Positions 25,825 to 39,370 of a stretch of DNA of 64,000 nucleotides are shown here, piece by piece. Numbering within the stretch: the stretch's first letter is position 1; each line of letters opens with the position of its first letter. Source of the DNA: Sphyrna mokarran (Eukaryota); the NCBI GenBank assembly GCA_024679065.1, contig JAGIQG010000013.1, forward strand, positions 17,360,001 to 17,424,000, given 5' to 3'. The position numbers were made by a program, and so were the translations under genes. Below the pieces are notes generated by a model. That model made no database searches, had not been told where the DNA came from, and worked only from the letters and a program-made list of their open reading frames with translations.

Positions 25825-26165
25825 ATGTTGAGAGGTATAGATCGAGTGGATAGTCAGAGGCTTTTTCCCATGGTTGAAATGATTACCAAAAGATGACACA
25901 GGTTTAGGATGCTGGGGAATAGGTACAGAGGAGATGTCAGGGATAAGATTTTCACTCAGAATGGTGGTGTGTGGAATAGGCTGCCGGCAATGGTGGTGGA
26001 GGTGGATTCGAGAGAGTCTTTTGAGAGACATTTAGATAAACACATGGAACTTAGTAAGATAGAGGGTTACAGGGAAGCCTAGTAATCTCTAAAATAGGGA
26101 CATGTTTGGCACAACTTTGTGGGCCGAAGGACCTGTATTGTGCTGTACTCTTTCTATGTTTCTAA
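25825..26165 (+). mobile_element. CR1 LINE 3' end
   Basis: gacacaggttta..gctgggga.taggtacagaggagatgtcagg; ttctatgtttcta tail. Confidence 0.88.
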
Positions 26166-26629
26166 AAGTTTGCATGCAGGCACGGTGTGGGCTAAGAAAT
26201 AAGAATATAGAATAAAAAACAGAAAGAAAAGGGAAGAAAAGTGTGGTGGATCCAGAGCAATCAAAATGAAAATAGACTGTTATCTGAAAAGGAATAATAT
26301 GTAATGTTTAGAGGGAGAACATGAGGGAATGGCACTATATGAATTATTCATTGAAAAGGCTGATGTAGACATTGTGGGCTGAATGGCCTTCTGCACTGAT
26401 ACTGTTCTGTGAAAAACATGAAGGGTAAATTATCCAAGGACGTTTTCTGTGCCACAGTTTGATTTTCTGATACATTTCATACCGTGCAATGCGTCACATG
26501 TAAGCAAACGCTTTGGACAAGCTGTCCTTAAATTTGTTCACGTGAAATTTAGTACAGAGATTTAGCCATGAAATTGATAAATATGTACTTTGGAAATAAA
26601 CCGAATTGTATTTTTTTTTTCCTGAACAG

Positions 26630-26665
26630 AAACGAAGAGGCAAGGGAGGGAATGACATCTATCAG
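26630..26665 (+). CDS. CD247: CD247 exon 7 (basic stretch, start of ITAM3)
   Basis: T-run then cctgaacag|AAA...CAG|gtagga, 36 nt. KRRGKGGNDIYQ (human RRRGKGHDGLYQ). Confidence 0.94.
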
Positions 26666-27219
26666 GTAGGAAAGAAATGAGTAGAATTGTCGTACTTTGA
26701 AGATGACATACAAGTGATACGTAAGCCAGTAGCCTGTGCTCCCACCTTCCATCTCATGGAAACCTGACCTAACTTGCACCGTGCCCCATTCACTCATCAC
26801 CCTTCGCACAACACTGGCTCCTAGTTGAGCAACATCTCAATTTTATCATTCTCATTTTCAAATGTCTCTATAAGTTCCCAATCTCTTTAATCTCATTTAG
26901 TTGTAAAACTCTCTTTGATCTCTCTGTGCTTCTCCAACTCTAGCCTCTTATACATCCCTGATAGTAATCATGCCATTGGCAATCCTACTTTCAGCTGCCT
27001 ATGTTCTGGAAATTCCTCCCCAAATTTCTGCTGTTTGTCCTAATTCCTTCTTCAGTAGGTGTGTCAAATTTTAATTAATGATGTTCTTGTGGAATGCTTT
27101 GGAACATTTTACTAAGTTAAAGGCATTATATAAATGCAAATTGTTATTGTAGGTAGCATATACACAAATCATAGTAATGATTAATCACCTCAGAACACTA
27201 AGTGGAAATCTATTCCATA

Positions 27220-30200
27220 AGAACAGGAGTATGCTATTTAGTCTCCCAGCCTATTCAATGAGACCATGGCTGATCTATAAGCTAACTCCAGATACCCACC
27301 TTTCTCTCATTTCTCAATATCTTTGACAAATAATATTTTAAAACTGAGATTGATAGATTCAATGTTTGATTCACATCTATTATCTTTTGAGGAAGAGTTC
27401 TAAGCTTTAACCACTCTTTCGGCTAGATCTTATGGCTGACATATCTGAAGTGGGGTGAGGGGGTAGCAGGGTGGCTTGTAAAATAAAGGCAATGGCCTTT
27501 CCACCCATCTCTGTCCTATCTCCCATTTTATAATGGGTGTGCAATCAGATTAGCCAACGGCTCTCTGGTGTGGGATTTCCTCCAAGTTGGAGGGGAAAGT
27601 CCTACTCTGAAACAATCAATGTTGCACTTGGTTTAATATCGTTGAGGAACACCTGGAATTTGGATGGGTGGACTGCTGGGTTACAGCACCATAAAATCCA
27701 ATCCTGTGTGTAGCAACAATTCCTAATTTCACTTCTGATTCAAGTCTAATTTTTAGACTATGTCCCTTCGTCCTCCCAAACCAGCAGGTAACCTTTCAGT
27801 TCCCCTTAATATCTGGAAAATTTTATAAGTTCATAAGATATAGGAACAGAATTAGGCCAATTGGCCCACCATTCAATCATGGCTGATAAGCTCCTCATCA
27901 CCATTTTCTTGCGTTCGCTCCATAACCCTTCAACCCACACCAATTAAAAATGTCTAGCTCCTCCTCAAATTTACTCACTATCCCAGCATGATCATGTAAC
28001 CCCTACAACTTCTGAATTCCAGTAAATAAAACTGATTTGTGTACCTGCTCCTTTGCAATCCAGAATTCATTGTAGTAAATCTACGCTGCACTCCCTCTAT
28101 GGCCAATGCTCAGGATTGCTCACAGCACTTCAGCTACGGTCTAATCAGGACTTTGCATTAGCTGAAACAAGTATCTTCTTTTATTCCAGTCCTCTGGATG
28201 TCAACAGCATTCTAATAACCTTTATGATTAAAATATTATGAACAGGTCATAAAATAATGATCCATACGGCTGGACCTCCATTGTTTCTAGTTTTTCATTT
28301 TTCATGTACCCTGTTCAATCCTTTTTAGGTCCTTATTGGATGATCTCACATTACCTACCTACTTTGAGATCTGTTTGCCTTAGCTTCATTTAATTTATTA
28401 TCTTTCTGTTATGTTTCTATCTACACTGGCTTAAAAAGCTGTCCGCCTATCTTTGTGGCAAGTCTGGATGTGTGATTTCCTGTTGCATGATCTGAGTCGT
28501 TAATAGTGAAATAGTGGAGGTCTCAACACCATTAGTCACCTCCTGCTGCTTAGCCATTATCCCTACTCTCTGTCTCCTGCTCAGTCAATTTTCTAACCAA
28601 TTCTATGAGCGACAACTTTAGCCAAGTCTCTTTGAGAGACTTAATCAAATGTCTTCTGGAAACACGTATAACTACTGTACTAGATATTCTCCTGTCCATC
28701 TCTTATACAGTCATAGAAGTTTACAACACGGAAACAAGCCCGTCAGCCAACTGTCCATGCTGTCTTTTTAAAAAATATTTAATCAGATTCACCAGGCATT
28801 ATCTTTTTTCACATGTCCATACTAGTTCATTATAAGCTACAAATTTTCAAGGTGGTCAGATCCCTACCTATCCTTACTATGTACACGAGTAATTTCCCCA
28901 ATTTAAGATATCAGACTAATTCGACTATATTTCACTGGTTTTTCTCTCACACACCTTTCTTAAAATACTATTGACATGACATGCACAATTTTCCAACCTA
29001 AAGTAATATGTGCTATAAGGTGCAATTTCCTCATTTACTGCCTTTAAAATCCTGGAATGGAAACCATTGGGACCAAATAGTTTGTCACTCTTTTTTTTGC
29101 AGACCTCTGTTGATTTGAGTGGGGAATGGGGGCCGTCATATGTTGGGTGGCTTTTTTTTGGAATGAATAATACGCTGACCACTTTTTCCATTATCAGTAT
29201 TGATGCAAAGTAATTATTGTTTCCATATTTTTATTGACAATGTCACGTGTCAGTTTTCAAGGAACTTGCATTGTTCCGGACTATTTTTCTTCTAACGTGA
29301 TTGCAAACTATTTTTGTGTTAATTTTGATATCCACTATAAGGTTGTTTTTATCATATTCTCCAAGTTTTTTTTCATCATTTTTTTGTGTCTTTCCATTTG
29401 GACAGAACGTGTGATGCGTATTTGCATGCTTTCCCTCTTAATTTTAAGTGGTCTCTTTATCTTTAGTTTTGTTGGCTGTTTTATTTTTGCAGGTAGAGCT
29501 TCTGTCTCTTAGGAAATAAACTGGTTCTGATTTACAAATTATTTTTGAACACCTCACCCTCAAATCTAATTTGAACTGCCCCATTGATTCCATGCCTTTG
29601 TTGCAGAAAGCTATCCAAGACACACAAGAAATTCACTACTTTTCATGCTATTCTGTATGGGAGCTACAATCTCCCATTAAAACCTTAGTCTTAACTATAC
29701 ACTTGTTTAACATCTGTATATACGCATCCCCCCACCCAACTCCACTCCATTTTCCCTGCCTTTCTGATAGTCCTTACAACTGAAAACTCTAGGTTATAAC
29801 ATTTTGCATGTCTCACATAAAGTTGAACTTGCACCTGCAATTATCTTGTTGAATAAGAATGCTTATTTGGGCTGCGTGCTTCAATTTGTGCTTTTGCTCT
29901 CATGTTTTGTTTTATTTATATATTTGTCTCTCCTGATTGAAAGAGTTTGCATCTTTTAGTTTCCCTCTTATCTGTAGTGTCTAAAACATATATTTCTAAA
30001 TTTACTCTACTCTTTTAACTTTTGGTTCGTTTTGAACTGGACAAATTTTTAACACCTTGCACAATCACCCAACCCCAGCATGCATTACTAGTTTAAAGTC
30101 CTTGCAACTGTCTAATTTATTCTTTATTAGGACTCTGACCCTGGACTGTTGCAAGTGGAATCCATTTCATTGCTCTCTTATTTTCTCAGTATTGGTGTCA

Positions 30201-30900
30201 CTGTCTCTGTCTCATACCAATCCTTAACTCAGGTGTTCACCTCCCTAATATGCTTGTCTTTATGCCAATTTTCTTGTTACTCAGATAATAATCCAGGATT
30301 TATAACTCTGTACAGTCCTGTTCTTCAATTTAGCTCCTGGTATTTTCCAAACTTGGCTACTGTTCTGTATGTGTTGGTCCCAAACATGGATCACAACGAT
30401 TAGATTTTCCCCCTCCCTCACCATATCCTTTTAAACCGATGCAAGTTGTCCCACACTGTTGATGCCAGAAAGACAATATACAATGTGGGACTCTCAATCT
30501 AACTTACAAAGTATGCCTTCTGTCTCCATAGTTATTGAATTCTGTACAATTACTGTATTACACTATCCCTCCTCTGAGCACATCCTGCAGAAAAGTGCTA
30601 TGGTTCACATTTTGGCTGTCCTTTTTACTCTTTTTAACTTCATCTTCGTCCATTATAATTACATAATTCCTGTTCGATAGGATTGTTTGTTACTTCTTAT
30701 TCTCTATTTCATCTTACTTAGCATATTTTTTTACACTAACCCCATTCTGCATCGCTTCACTATGACCTAATGATTATGGTGTGACCAAAGGCTGGAACAA
30801 ACTACTCAGATACTGTTCCCTTCCCTTCTGTCAAGACTGTCTCCAACTTGCAATTCAGCTCAATGACTTTTAAGCAGGAGATAAGAGATACAGACGATAC
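27220..30900 (-). mobile_element. Old, heavily decayed long CR1 element(s) in CD247 intron 7
   Basis: CR1 3' ends at ~27220 and ~27830; RT remnants FQKTFD (~28630-28665) and GPNGFHSRILK (~29040-29075). The 5' extent is uncertain. Confidence 0.6.
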
Positions 30901-31439
30901 CACAGATACACAGCATGTTCTGCTATTTCTTGGTTTAGATTATTTGTATCCACTTCTTAGTTTTTTTCCTTGCTTACAAACTAATGTGCACTAAACACTC
31001 AATACTGGACACAATCTTTAAAAACTCACTGTCCAAAGCTAACATAAACCAAGTAATGGAGGATATGAAGCACCTTCTCTGCCCACTCGCACCAAATTTT
31101 GATTTTCACACTTCACTTTTCAATCTTTACATAATCACTGTTCCAAAGCAATTTGATGAGATCATTTGAAATCCCTTCCTATGTTGAGAATTAATAATAA
31201 AGACATCTTAACCCAAAGTAATTTTCTGTAATCCTGTGCTCATGGTGGTCTGATATGCCCCCATAAGAATTGTCTGGTGGAAAATCAGGCCTATAGACCT
31301 ATAGTATTTCTAAATGACATTTTCTGCAAGTCTGAGTTTCCTACAGGGCATCAATCCCTGCAGTGTAAAATAATTCAATAGAAAAGTATTTCATTCTGAT
31401 ACACTCAATTAGCTAACAATTTAATGCAATTATTTGCAG

Positions 31440-31517
31440 GGACTGAGCTCAGCTACACAAGACACATATGATCAACTTCAAATGCAGCCATTACCGCCTC
31501 CACCTCCGCGTTACTGA
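31440..31517 (+). CDS. CD247: CD247 exon 8, terminal coding exon (ITAM3 and stop)
   Basis: ttatttgcag|GGA...TGA. GLSSATQDTYDQLQMQPLPPPPPRY* (human [21 protein letters not shown]). Confidence 0.96.
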   Translation, partial: GLSSATQDTYDQLQMQPLPPPPPRY

Positions 31518-32530
31518 GATTCCGTGATTGTTATTGCAATGTCAAGACAACCAACAATGGAAAGCCTTTCAGATTAATTCAATTTGACCACGACAAAAAG
31601 TTATTGCTCAACTGAAAATTGTTTACAAAATTACCTGCAAATTCATTTTTTAAAAATTTGCATTACTCCCCCCAAAAAATCACCGTAAACAAAGGATTCT
31701 ACAGTTATCAAGCCAGCACTTAAAAGCTTACTTGCCCTTGTGGATTATATTGTGTTGGTTGAAGCTTTGCTATGATATGCTAAGCCTACACAAATGTTTA
31801 GAAGTTATATTTTTGTTGGTATTTTGGTATATGTAGCAATGAAATGCTGTGTTATATTGGAGCTGAAAGTATTTAAAATAAAGGAAACAAATATATCCAG
31901 GGCATTTAAAAAGATAAATAAAAGTGCAAAATGTAAAGCAATGGCATCAAAACTGAATTAGGGCTTTCAATCCATTAATGAAAACTAGCGAAATCCAATC
32001 TGAAGGCATTTTGTATTGGTTGAGTGTTAAAACAGATAAAGAACAATGTAAATACTATTATAAATGCAAAGTAATAAGACATTTTCAATTGTAAACATTT
32101 TTCTAGCTACCAATTGAATTCATTTACTTCAACGAGACTATATAAGTTTCAGTGATATTGTCTGAGAATAGGTTTTTAGATGTTACCTTGTATAGGCTCA
32201 TTTTTCTTATTGCAACGAAGTACAGCACTGTAAAACAATTTATCAAGAGCGTGCTACAGTTCAACTTGGTTAAATGCAAGATAGTGCTAAGCATTGTTCA
32301 TTTTCTTTTAAACATTCAAAGTTCCTAAGTTTTTAGCCAGAACAAAGGCTTTAAATGGTAATTTTAATTCCATCAACTGTTCTAACATCTAGGCTTTGAA
32401 CTTGCAAAGTAACAAATGTATCTGGACAATACATTTTAATGAATAAATATTCATTTAAACTTATCTGAGAAATTATCAAGAATACTTAAAAATTCAGAAA
32501 TATATGAATAAAGCTTTTGTAATCACCCAA
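31518..32530 (+). other. CD247: Probable CD247 3' UTR (~1 kb) with candidate polyA signals
   Basis: AT-rich, repeat-free tract after the stop. AATAAA at 31877, 31917, 32442 and 32507; the last is followed by a GT-rich element (gtgtttttcagagttgtg). Several ATTTA pentamers. Confidence 0.55.
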
Positions 32531-32649
32531 GTGTTTTTCAGAGTTGTGCACTGGTATTTTCTGCCACTCATGGTCTCTTTGGCCAAGTTTTGTAGTTGCC
32601 CATATATTCAATACATGAATTACTTAGTTACTTAGCGCATGCGTGAGTC

Positions 32650-33140
32650 ATTTTTTTTAACTCAACAAAGCTATGATGATCTGAACTACATTGCCTGAAA
32701 GGGCAGTTCAAGCAGATTGATCAGTGATGTCCAAAGATATTTACTTGAAAAGTAAATTTTGTAAGGCTATGGGGAAAGATCAGGGAAATGGAACTAATTG
32801 GATAGGTCTTTCAAAGAGTTGCTACACGATAGAATAGATCAGGGTTGTTTGCTTCACAACAGGGCAAGTTAAGAAGAGATTTAATTGAAATGTATTATGA
32901 GGGTCTTAGCTAGATTGAATAGGAAGGACTTATTTCTCTTGGCAGACAGAAATAACCAGGGGCATAGATTTAAATTAATTGATGGAAGGAATAGGGTTAA
33001 AGAAATTGTTTATTAGCAAGAGGGAGGGCAAGAAACTCATTGCCTAAAAAAGTGGTAGAGGCAGTAATCCTCATTGCATTTAAACAATACTTCAATATAC
33101 ACTTTAAGTGCTGTGACCTATAGACCAAAAATGTGATTAG
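32650..33140 (+). mobile_element. Decayed CR1 3' fragments
   Basis: aaccaggggcatagatttaaattaattg; aactcattgcctaaaaaagtggtagaggcag. Confidence 0.7.
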
Positions 33141-34999
33141 GTCAGACAGGTCTTTTTCAGTTGGTATAGAAATGATGGGCTGGAAGGCAGCCTTCGACGC
33201 TTTAGACTTCAATTATTACAATTGTGACATTAAGGATCAAAATTAGTTTACTAATCCAGCTTTAGTTTTTTGCTTCAGGATAACATTTCCATAATAAATA
33301 ACTGACTCAACTACAGCTACCACTAATTACTTTAATGCTCAGTTGTAGACTTATTTTCAGAAAATAAAGAACTAGTGGTTTTTAAAGCAGCTTCCTTGAT
33401 TTACTAATAATTGCAGCAATCAGACCATGTCAATCGTATTCTTAGCACTGTGTTTTCAATACTCAGTAAAAAGATCTTTGAAAAGCCATATGTCCATTAA
33501 GAATTAAAAGACAAAAAAGGCAGAATAACATGTTTATTGTTTGGAAATGGACAATCTGAACATCTATAAATGAACAAAACATTTTCATTCTTAGGAAACA
33601 TAACATCCCATCTAATTGCTACAATTTGAACAAGAACTCTGGGATGCTTTTAGTTAACTTATTTTAAATGCAGGCCTAACTGCTGTGAGGTATGATTCAT
33701 TTCTTGCTTTACTTTGCAATTCCTTAAAGGAAACTTTAATCATTGTTAATTTCACAGTTCTATGTATTTAAGGTGTTTTATCTGTAATGTCTGTCAATTT
33801 TTTTGTATTAAAAAGAGTAGTTATCAAGATTGATTTGAATATTAATAATCCTTTGATTCTTTAATCCAAAGGACAGTTTCACCTAGAAGATCCTTTTTAG
33901 TGAAGCTCTACTGTTATTGCAATTAGTTGGCATAATTACTTCAAAATCATTGCAAGTTTTAGAAGGTTAGAATAATGCTTCTTGATAAATTGACTGTGAG
34001 CTGGGAAAGCATTGTATCCAGAATGTTTATTATAAGTAGATGTATTTACACCAAATGATAAATTGTAAAACAGACATGATTTAAACAATATATTCCTGAC
34101 ATCTTTGAATAATCAGGATTATAGTCTGCCTCTAAACAACTTCCTGCAAGAGTGAGAAGGGAAACAGGCAATTGACAAAAATAATCCTTCCTTGTAAAGC
34201 AGCCACCAAAAACTGACCAGTTTGTTTGCTCCATCAAGTGTCCTACAACAGCATAAAATATAACAGGATGAGCACTAGGCCTTTACAGCATTATTAAATG
34301 GGTACAAGTGAAGAGGACACTTAATAGATACCTCAGCTACACTGTGTTAACATTATTACAATTTTGCAACTCTACATTCAAGGCTTTTTTCCTGCCTGGT
34401 AACTACAAAGCTGAATAAGAAATATTTTTGTTCAGAGCTTTCAACTCACTGAGGAAGCTCTGGCCCTATTCACATCTGACAACCTGCTCTGAAAACTCTG
34501 TTCACTTTTTGACAGCTGTGACAAATTTCAGCACAGCAGCTGAGACCAGCTGCAGTATTTTAAAGCAAACCATGACATCCTGGATCAAATAACCCATAAC
34601 ATTCACAAAAAATAGTCCTACCTCCCAATGCTAACAGATAGTTCAGTTAAAAAAATTTCAGTGTCTGAATGCGGACCTGCCTTTTCAACTAACTAATCAG
34701 TCCTTCCTTGGGCCATATCCGATCCTTCTATAAAACAAGTTCTGTTGGAATCTATTAATTTTTGTGATATAACAGCCAACCTTCAATGACAGAGGTCATA
34801 ATAAAGAAAATGCTTTATAATGGAGTTTACACATGCGGTTCATTCATCGGGGTGACTATTTGTTGTCATTATTATCAATCCCTTGAAGCAAGAATGATAT
34901 CTGCTAGACTTCATAACTTGTGCATCCTCAGGTGACTCTGCAGTCACAGTTTGTTGGGCAGAGAGGACAGAAGTTATCATGAGAAAAGGAGGGAATCTC

Positions 35000-37900
35000 A
35001 TGCCAGGATTATGCTGTCTCTCAATCCACTTTTGTTGCTGTGTTTATGTAGCCACTTTGTAAGTGTGTTGTGGCTTTTTTGATGAGGCTCTGCAACATAG
35101 TATGGTTTACAGTAAGATCCTTGTATGTACCAATGGCAATTTGGTCACTTTCCAATGAGAGCTTTCATCCTTAAAATACTTTCTTCATCCTCTTTGAGGT
35201 GATGTTCCATCTTGAAGTTGTGAAGAGGTTCTGCTTTGGAAGCAGATCATTTGGCATGTAGACAAAGTTTTTGGACCAGCAGCAAAAATTTTGCATGCTC
35301 AATCTTGCAATTTTGGAGGAATTGGCTTTGATAAGGATGCTGGATTAATTTGCCTGCTCTGCTGCTTGCTTTTCCACTGGTAGAAATTCTCCCATGCCTG
35401 GAGCTGCCTTTGGCAGGGGACCTAGTTGTCACTGTCACATAGAAGATATAGAAGAGTGATGGCAGCAACACTGTAAGCTCAAGTCTTTGTCCTGTTATGC
35501 AGATCTCTGTTGTTAAATTTCAAATTGGACAATTTGTGGAAAACTGCACTCCTACAGCCAATTCTGTTCTGGATCTCCACTTCAATGGTAACCTTTTGAT
35601 AAAGGTAGTTGCTGAGATATGGGAAGTGTTCAATAACTTCTAAAGTTACTCCATCAATAACAATAGATATTTGTCTGGGAAAAACAGATGGAGAATTTTG
35701 GTTTGGTTGATTCGAGTGAGAAAGCAACTCTTTTATACAGGGAGTTACAGAGGCTGGGGGTAGATTGTCTGAATGTCACTTACAATGTTAAGCAGAGGTT
35801 GGCATATAAGCTGTGGATATGCTGAAGAATAACTTTAGTCTTGGTCACAAATGGGTTCAATGTCAAAGTTGAAGAGGAGAGTTGGAGCTATTACATAGCT
35901 TTGTTTTCCACTCATCCCAATACAAGGGGGTCTCAGTCCCTAGTCCACTGCATGTTTGTGTCATAATTCAGGAATCATAGGATAGTAACAAACTTTGCTG
36001 GAAATCTAAGTTTCTGGAGGACTTTCCAAAGTACTTTATGGGTGATACTGTCAAAGGCCTCTATAGATCAACAAAGGCATTGCAGACACAGACATTCCAG
36101 ATAATTTTCTCGGTTTTGTCAAAAAAAGATGGTTCCCTTATGGCTGGAAATCCTACTGAGTTTCTGGAAGGATGTCTTTGTTGATGGAAAGAGGTGATTC
36201 TGTAAGATTTATGTGACAGAAAGAATACACCACTAATAGTTTCCACAAATCATCATTTTTCTTGAAGAATTAAATAATGATAGCATTGCAGAAGTGATGA
36301 GAAATGTCTCTTCTTTCCAAATTCTTGTAAAAAGATCTGAGAGTTTAAACAAGACCACCAGCTTTATAGCTTCCTGCAGAAATGTTGTCTGCACCATATG
36401 CCTTGTTGTTTACCTGTTACTTAGTCTTCTGTATCATATTAAGTGTTGGCAATATATCCAAACTTAATCTCCCATGTTGTTGAGGTGTTGTGTTGGTGAT
36501 TTTGTCAAATACCATTGCCTCCCAATTGAGAAATTTCTGACAGTGCTCATTCCAACTGTCTTAGATGGTTGCATCATCTTTGGGAAAATAACTTCTCCAA
36601 TCCAGAATTCTAAAATGCAGAAGCACTAGTTGCCCAGAAGTTTTTTTTTATATACTTTGCAACTCCAGATTCTAAAACTCATGATGCTGCAACTATGACC
36701 TTGCATTTTTCTGCACTAGTTGGGTTCCAATGTTAAGGGTCATTTGCCTGCCTAACTCTCCCAGATTCCACTAGAAAGGTAAGATTGAAACTTGAGTGTC
36801 TTGTTATTTTTATTTATACAGTTTAATTGTGAAGCATATGAATTGTGGAGCCCTCCTCGAAAGAATAATGATTTTCTTCATGGCACGAGCAAATACCTGT
36901 CTACCATGGCAAAGGTCATTGCGATAACATAATCAGGGTTTAGTTTGAAGGTCAACTAAATTGGATATCCTAAAGAATTGGGCACATTAAAATCAAACAC
37001 AGTCAAACCTTGGGTAGGCCAGACTTGACTAAGTTCAAATATACAGACACAGAAACACGTCTGGAGCTGTTCCATCAAAGACCTTGCACTGTACTGAGAC
37101 CCAGCTGGAGATCATCGCAATCTATTGAAATGCATTGGCCTATTGTTAAAAGCCCAGATTGGGCCAGACTTCCTGTCACCTAAAATTCCTGCAATTACCT
37201 TATGTGGAATAGGTTTTATGTAAGCAACACCATGGAGCTGGACACCTGAGGGAGAGCCCCAATGTCCAGTCAGACAGACATCAAGAAACCCACTGGGTAT
37301 TGGGACCCCCTTCCCCTCAATGATTGGAAACCAGATTTGTTTCTGGAAAGGTGAGGAGCGCATCTCAGACACACTGGCAGCAAGAATTGACAAGGGAGGT
37401 GACTTTGGCCATATGGAGGACTGACCGCAGAAGGAAGAAGCTGCCATCAAGACTCACCTTTATGATGACAGACCAGAGGGACTCAGAATCGGGCCTGCAG
37501 TTTAACCAAACCGTCTTTGCGGGTAGTATAATTGAATCTAGGTTATCTTCTTGTTTTGCGTGTGTTATTGAAGGTTTAATAGTACTATTATTATTAAACT
37601 TATTGAACCCTGTTCTTTGTTCATCTTGCAAATGGTGCACTGGGATAAAACTTTTAAGTAAACTGGTCAAAACTATCTGGTACAACATCATCTTATGTTG
37701 TTTTATAGAATTTAGTGGTCAAAAAATTAAACCTTAGGCGGTTGAGTCAAAACTATTTCCTATAATAGGTAGGCACAGTTCTTTAGAAAGTATTTGGATT
37801 TTTCCCCAACAGTATCTAACAGAGATAAAGCTTTCTGAATTATGACATTTATAAATGTTTAATAACTGCTTATTTGGTAGACCCTAGTAATTGAGCGTTT

Positions 37901-38960
37901 GTAGGTAGGATACCCTCTGTGATAGAGTGCCAATGTATTCTCTTTCATGACCTGCTCCTATTAAAGCATAAGTAATTGGCATGCTGTCAATCGTTAAGTG
38001 CAATGTTTTGGAAACATGGAAGATATGGTATTTGGATACATAAAACAATTTTTGTTAATGCTTTATAACGTTTTGAAGTTTTTGTCAATTGTTTTATGTC
38101 AAATAGAGATTTGTATCTGTGTTGGGCACTAAAAACCTATTCTATAATCGAGAAATGCCTTGGGCCTGAATGTTCTGAACTGGAGGGTGTTACAGTGGTA
38201 TTGCCATCTTCAGCTTGGGAGTAGGAACCATTGGTTTTTGATTCAAAGATGGTCTTGGTGGCTTGGAAGAAGCCACACATGTTGTGCTAGTCTGTGTAGT
38301 GTTGGATTTCATTGGCTTTTACCTATTATTTAATTCTTGATGACACATATTCTCTGATCTTGTTTTTTGAGTAATAAGCACTCTTTTCATTTCTGCAATT
38401 ATGTAGAGATTTTGACAGAGAATGAAACTTTAGCATCTCTGTTCAAGAATTTAACATATTTATCATTCTCATCAAACCAGTCTTGATGCTTGCGAAGTTA
38501 AAACCCGAGCATCTGTGTATATGTCTCTTGGATTCCAGATGTAACCTTGCCCCAGAGCCTTCCATACTGGCATCATTAAAGTTTGTGAGAGGGTCAGATG
38601 AGCAAAAGGATGCAGATGGAACTGTACACGTTTTCCATCCTGGAAAAAATAGATAGATGTTAAATCTTCTCCTGAATTTTTTTGAAGAGTTTTAATGTTT
38701 GGGTATTATGCATATGCTCAAGGTGGAGAGTACAAGTCTTCAGTCTGTCCAATAATCATTTGTGCCCTGCATAGCTTGGGTGATGCGCACATTCTTCTAA
38801 TCCTGGCCACGGACAACGAATTAGTCCAGATGTTTCCAACGCTTGGATTGGAATTTTTCCAAATTTTATAGCATCAATCTTTTTGATTAACCCATGTGTT
38901 TCTGCTAGTGAGCCCATGATCAGTGCACTTGAGAGCAGACGTTTGCATTTGATTTCCACA
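35000..38960 (-). mobile_element. Long decayed RTE-clade LINE (endonuclease and RT), interrupted at ~36830-37780
   Basis: LEVIEHFPYLSNYL (YLG region), AFVDL*.AFD (~36050-36090), YRITS, endonuclease-like IQALET (~38830). Confidence 0.7.
36828..37777. mobile_element. Possible solo LTR or unknown insertion inside the RTE element
   Basis: ~950-bp non-RTE block beginning TGT and ending CA, with a T-rich 3' part. No clear TSD seen. Confidence 0.35.
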
Positions 38961-38999
38961 TTCCCCTTTACCCGATGGTGCCCTTCCAGGCAACATAGT

Positions 39000-39370
39000 T
39001 GCCTTCAAATCTAGCACTATTTTTTTTCTCCATCCATTGATTTTGTTTACACTTCCCACTGCCCCAGCAAAGCAGCCAGCATAACTAAGGACTCTACACG
39101 CCCTGGACATTCCCTCTTCCATCTTCCTCTATTGGGAGAAAGAAACAAAAGTCTAAGGTCATATACCAACGACTTGAGAACGGCTTCTTTCTTGCTGCCA
39201 TGAGATTTTTCACCTGAAGTTGATCTTTCTCTATACCCTAGCTATGACTGTAACACTACATTCTGCACTCTCGTTTCCTTCTCTACAAATAGTATGCTTT
39301 GTTTATAAAGTCCACAAGAAACAATACTTTTCACTCTATGCTAATACATGTGACATTAATGTATCAAGTA
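39000..39370 (+). mobile_element. LINE 3' end (Rex/L2-like)
   Basis: Paralogous to 16130-16430. Confidence 0.7.
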
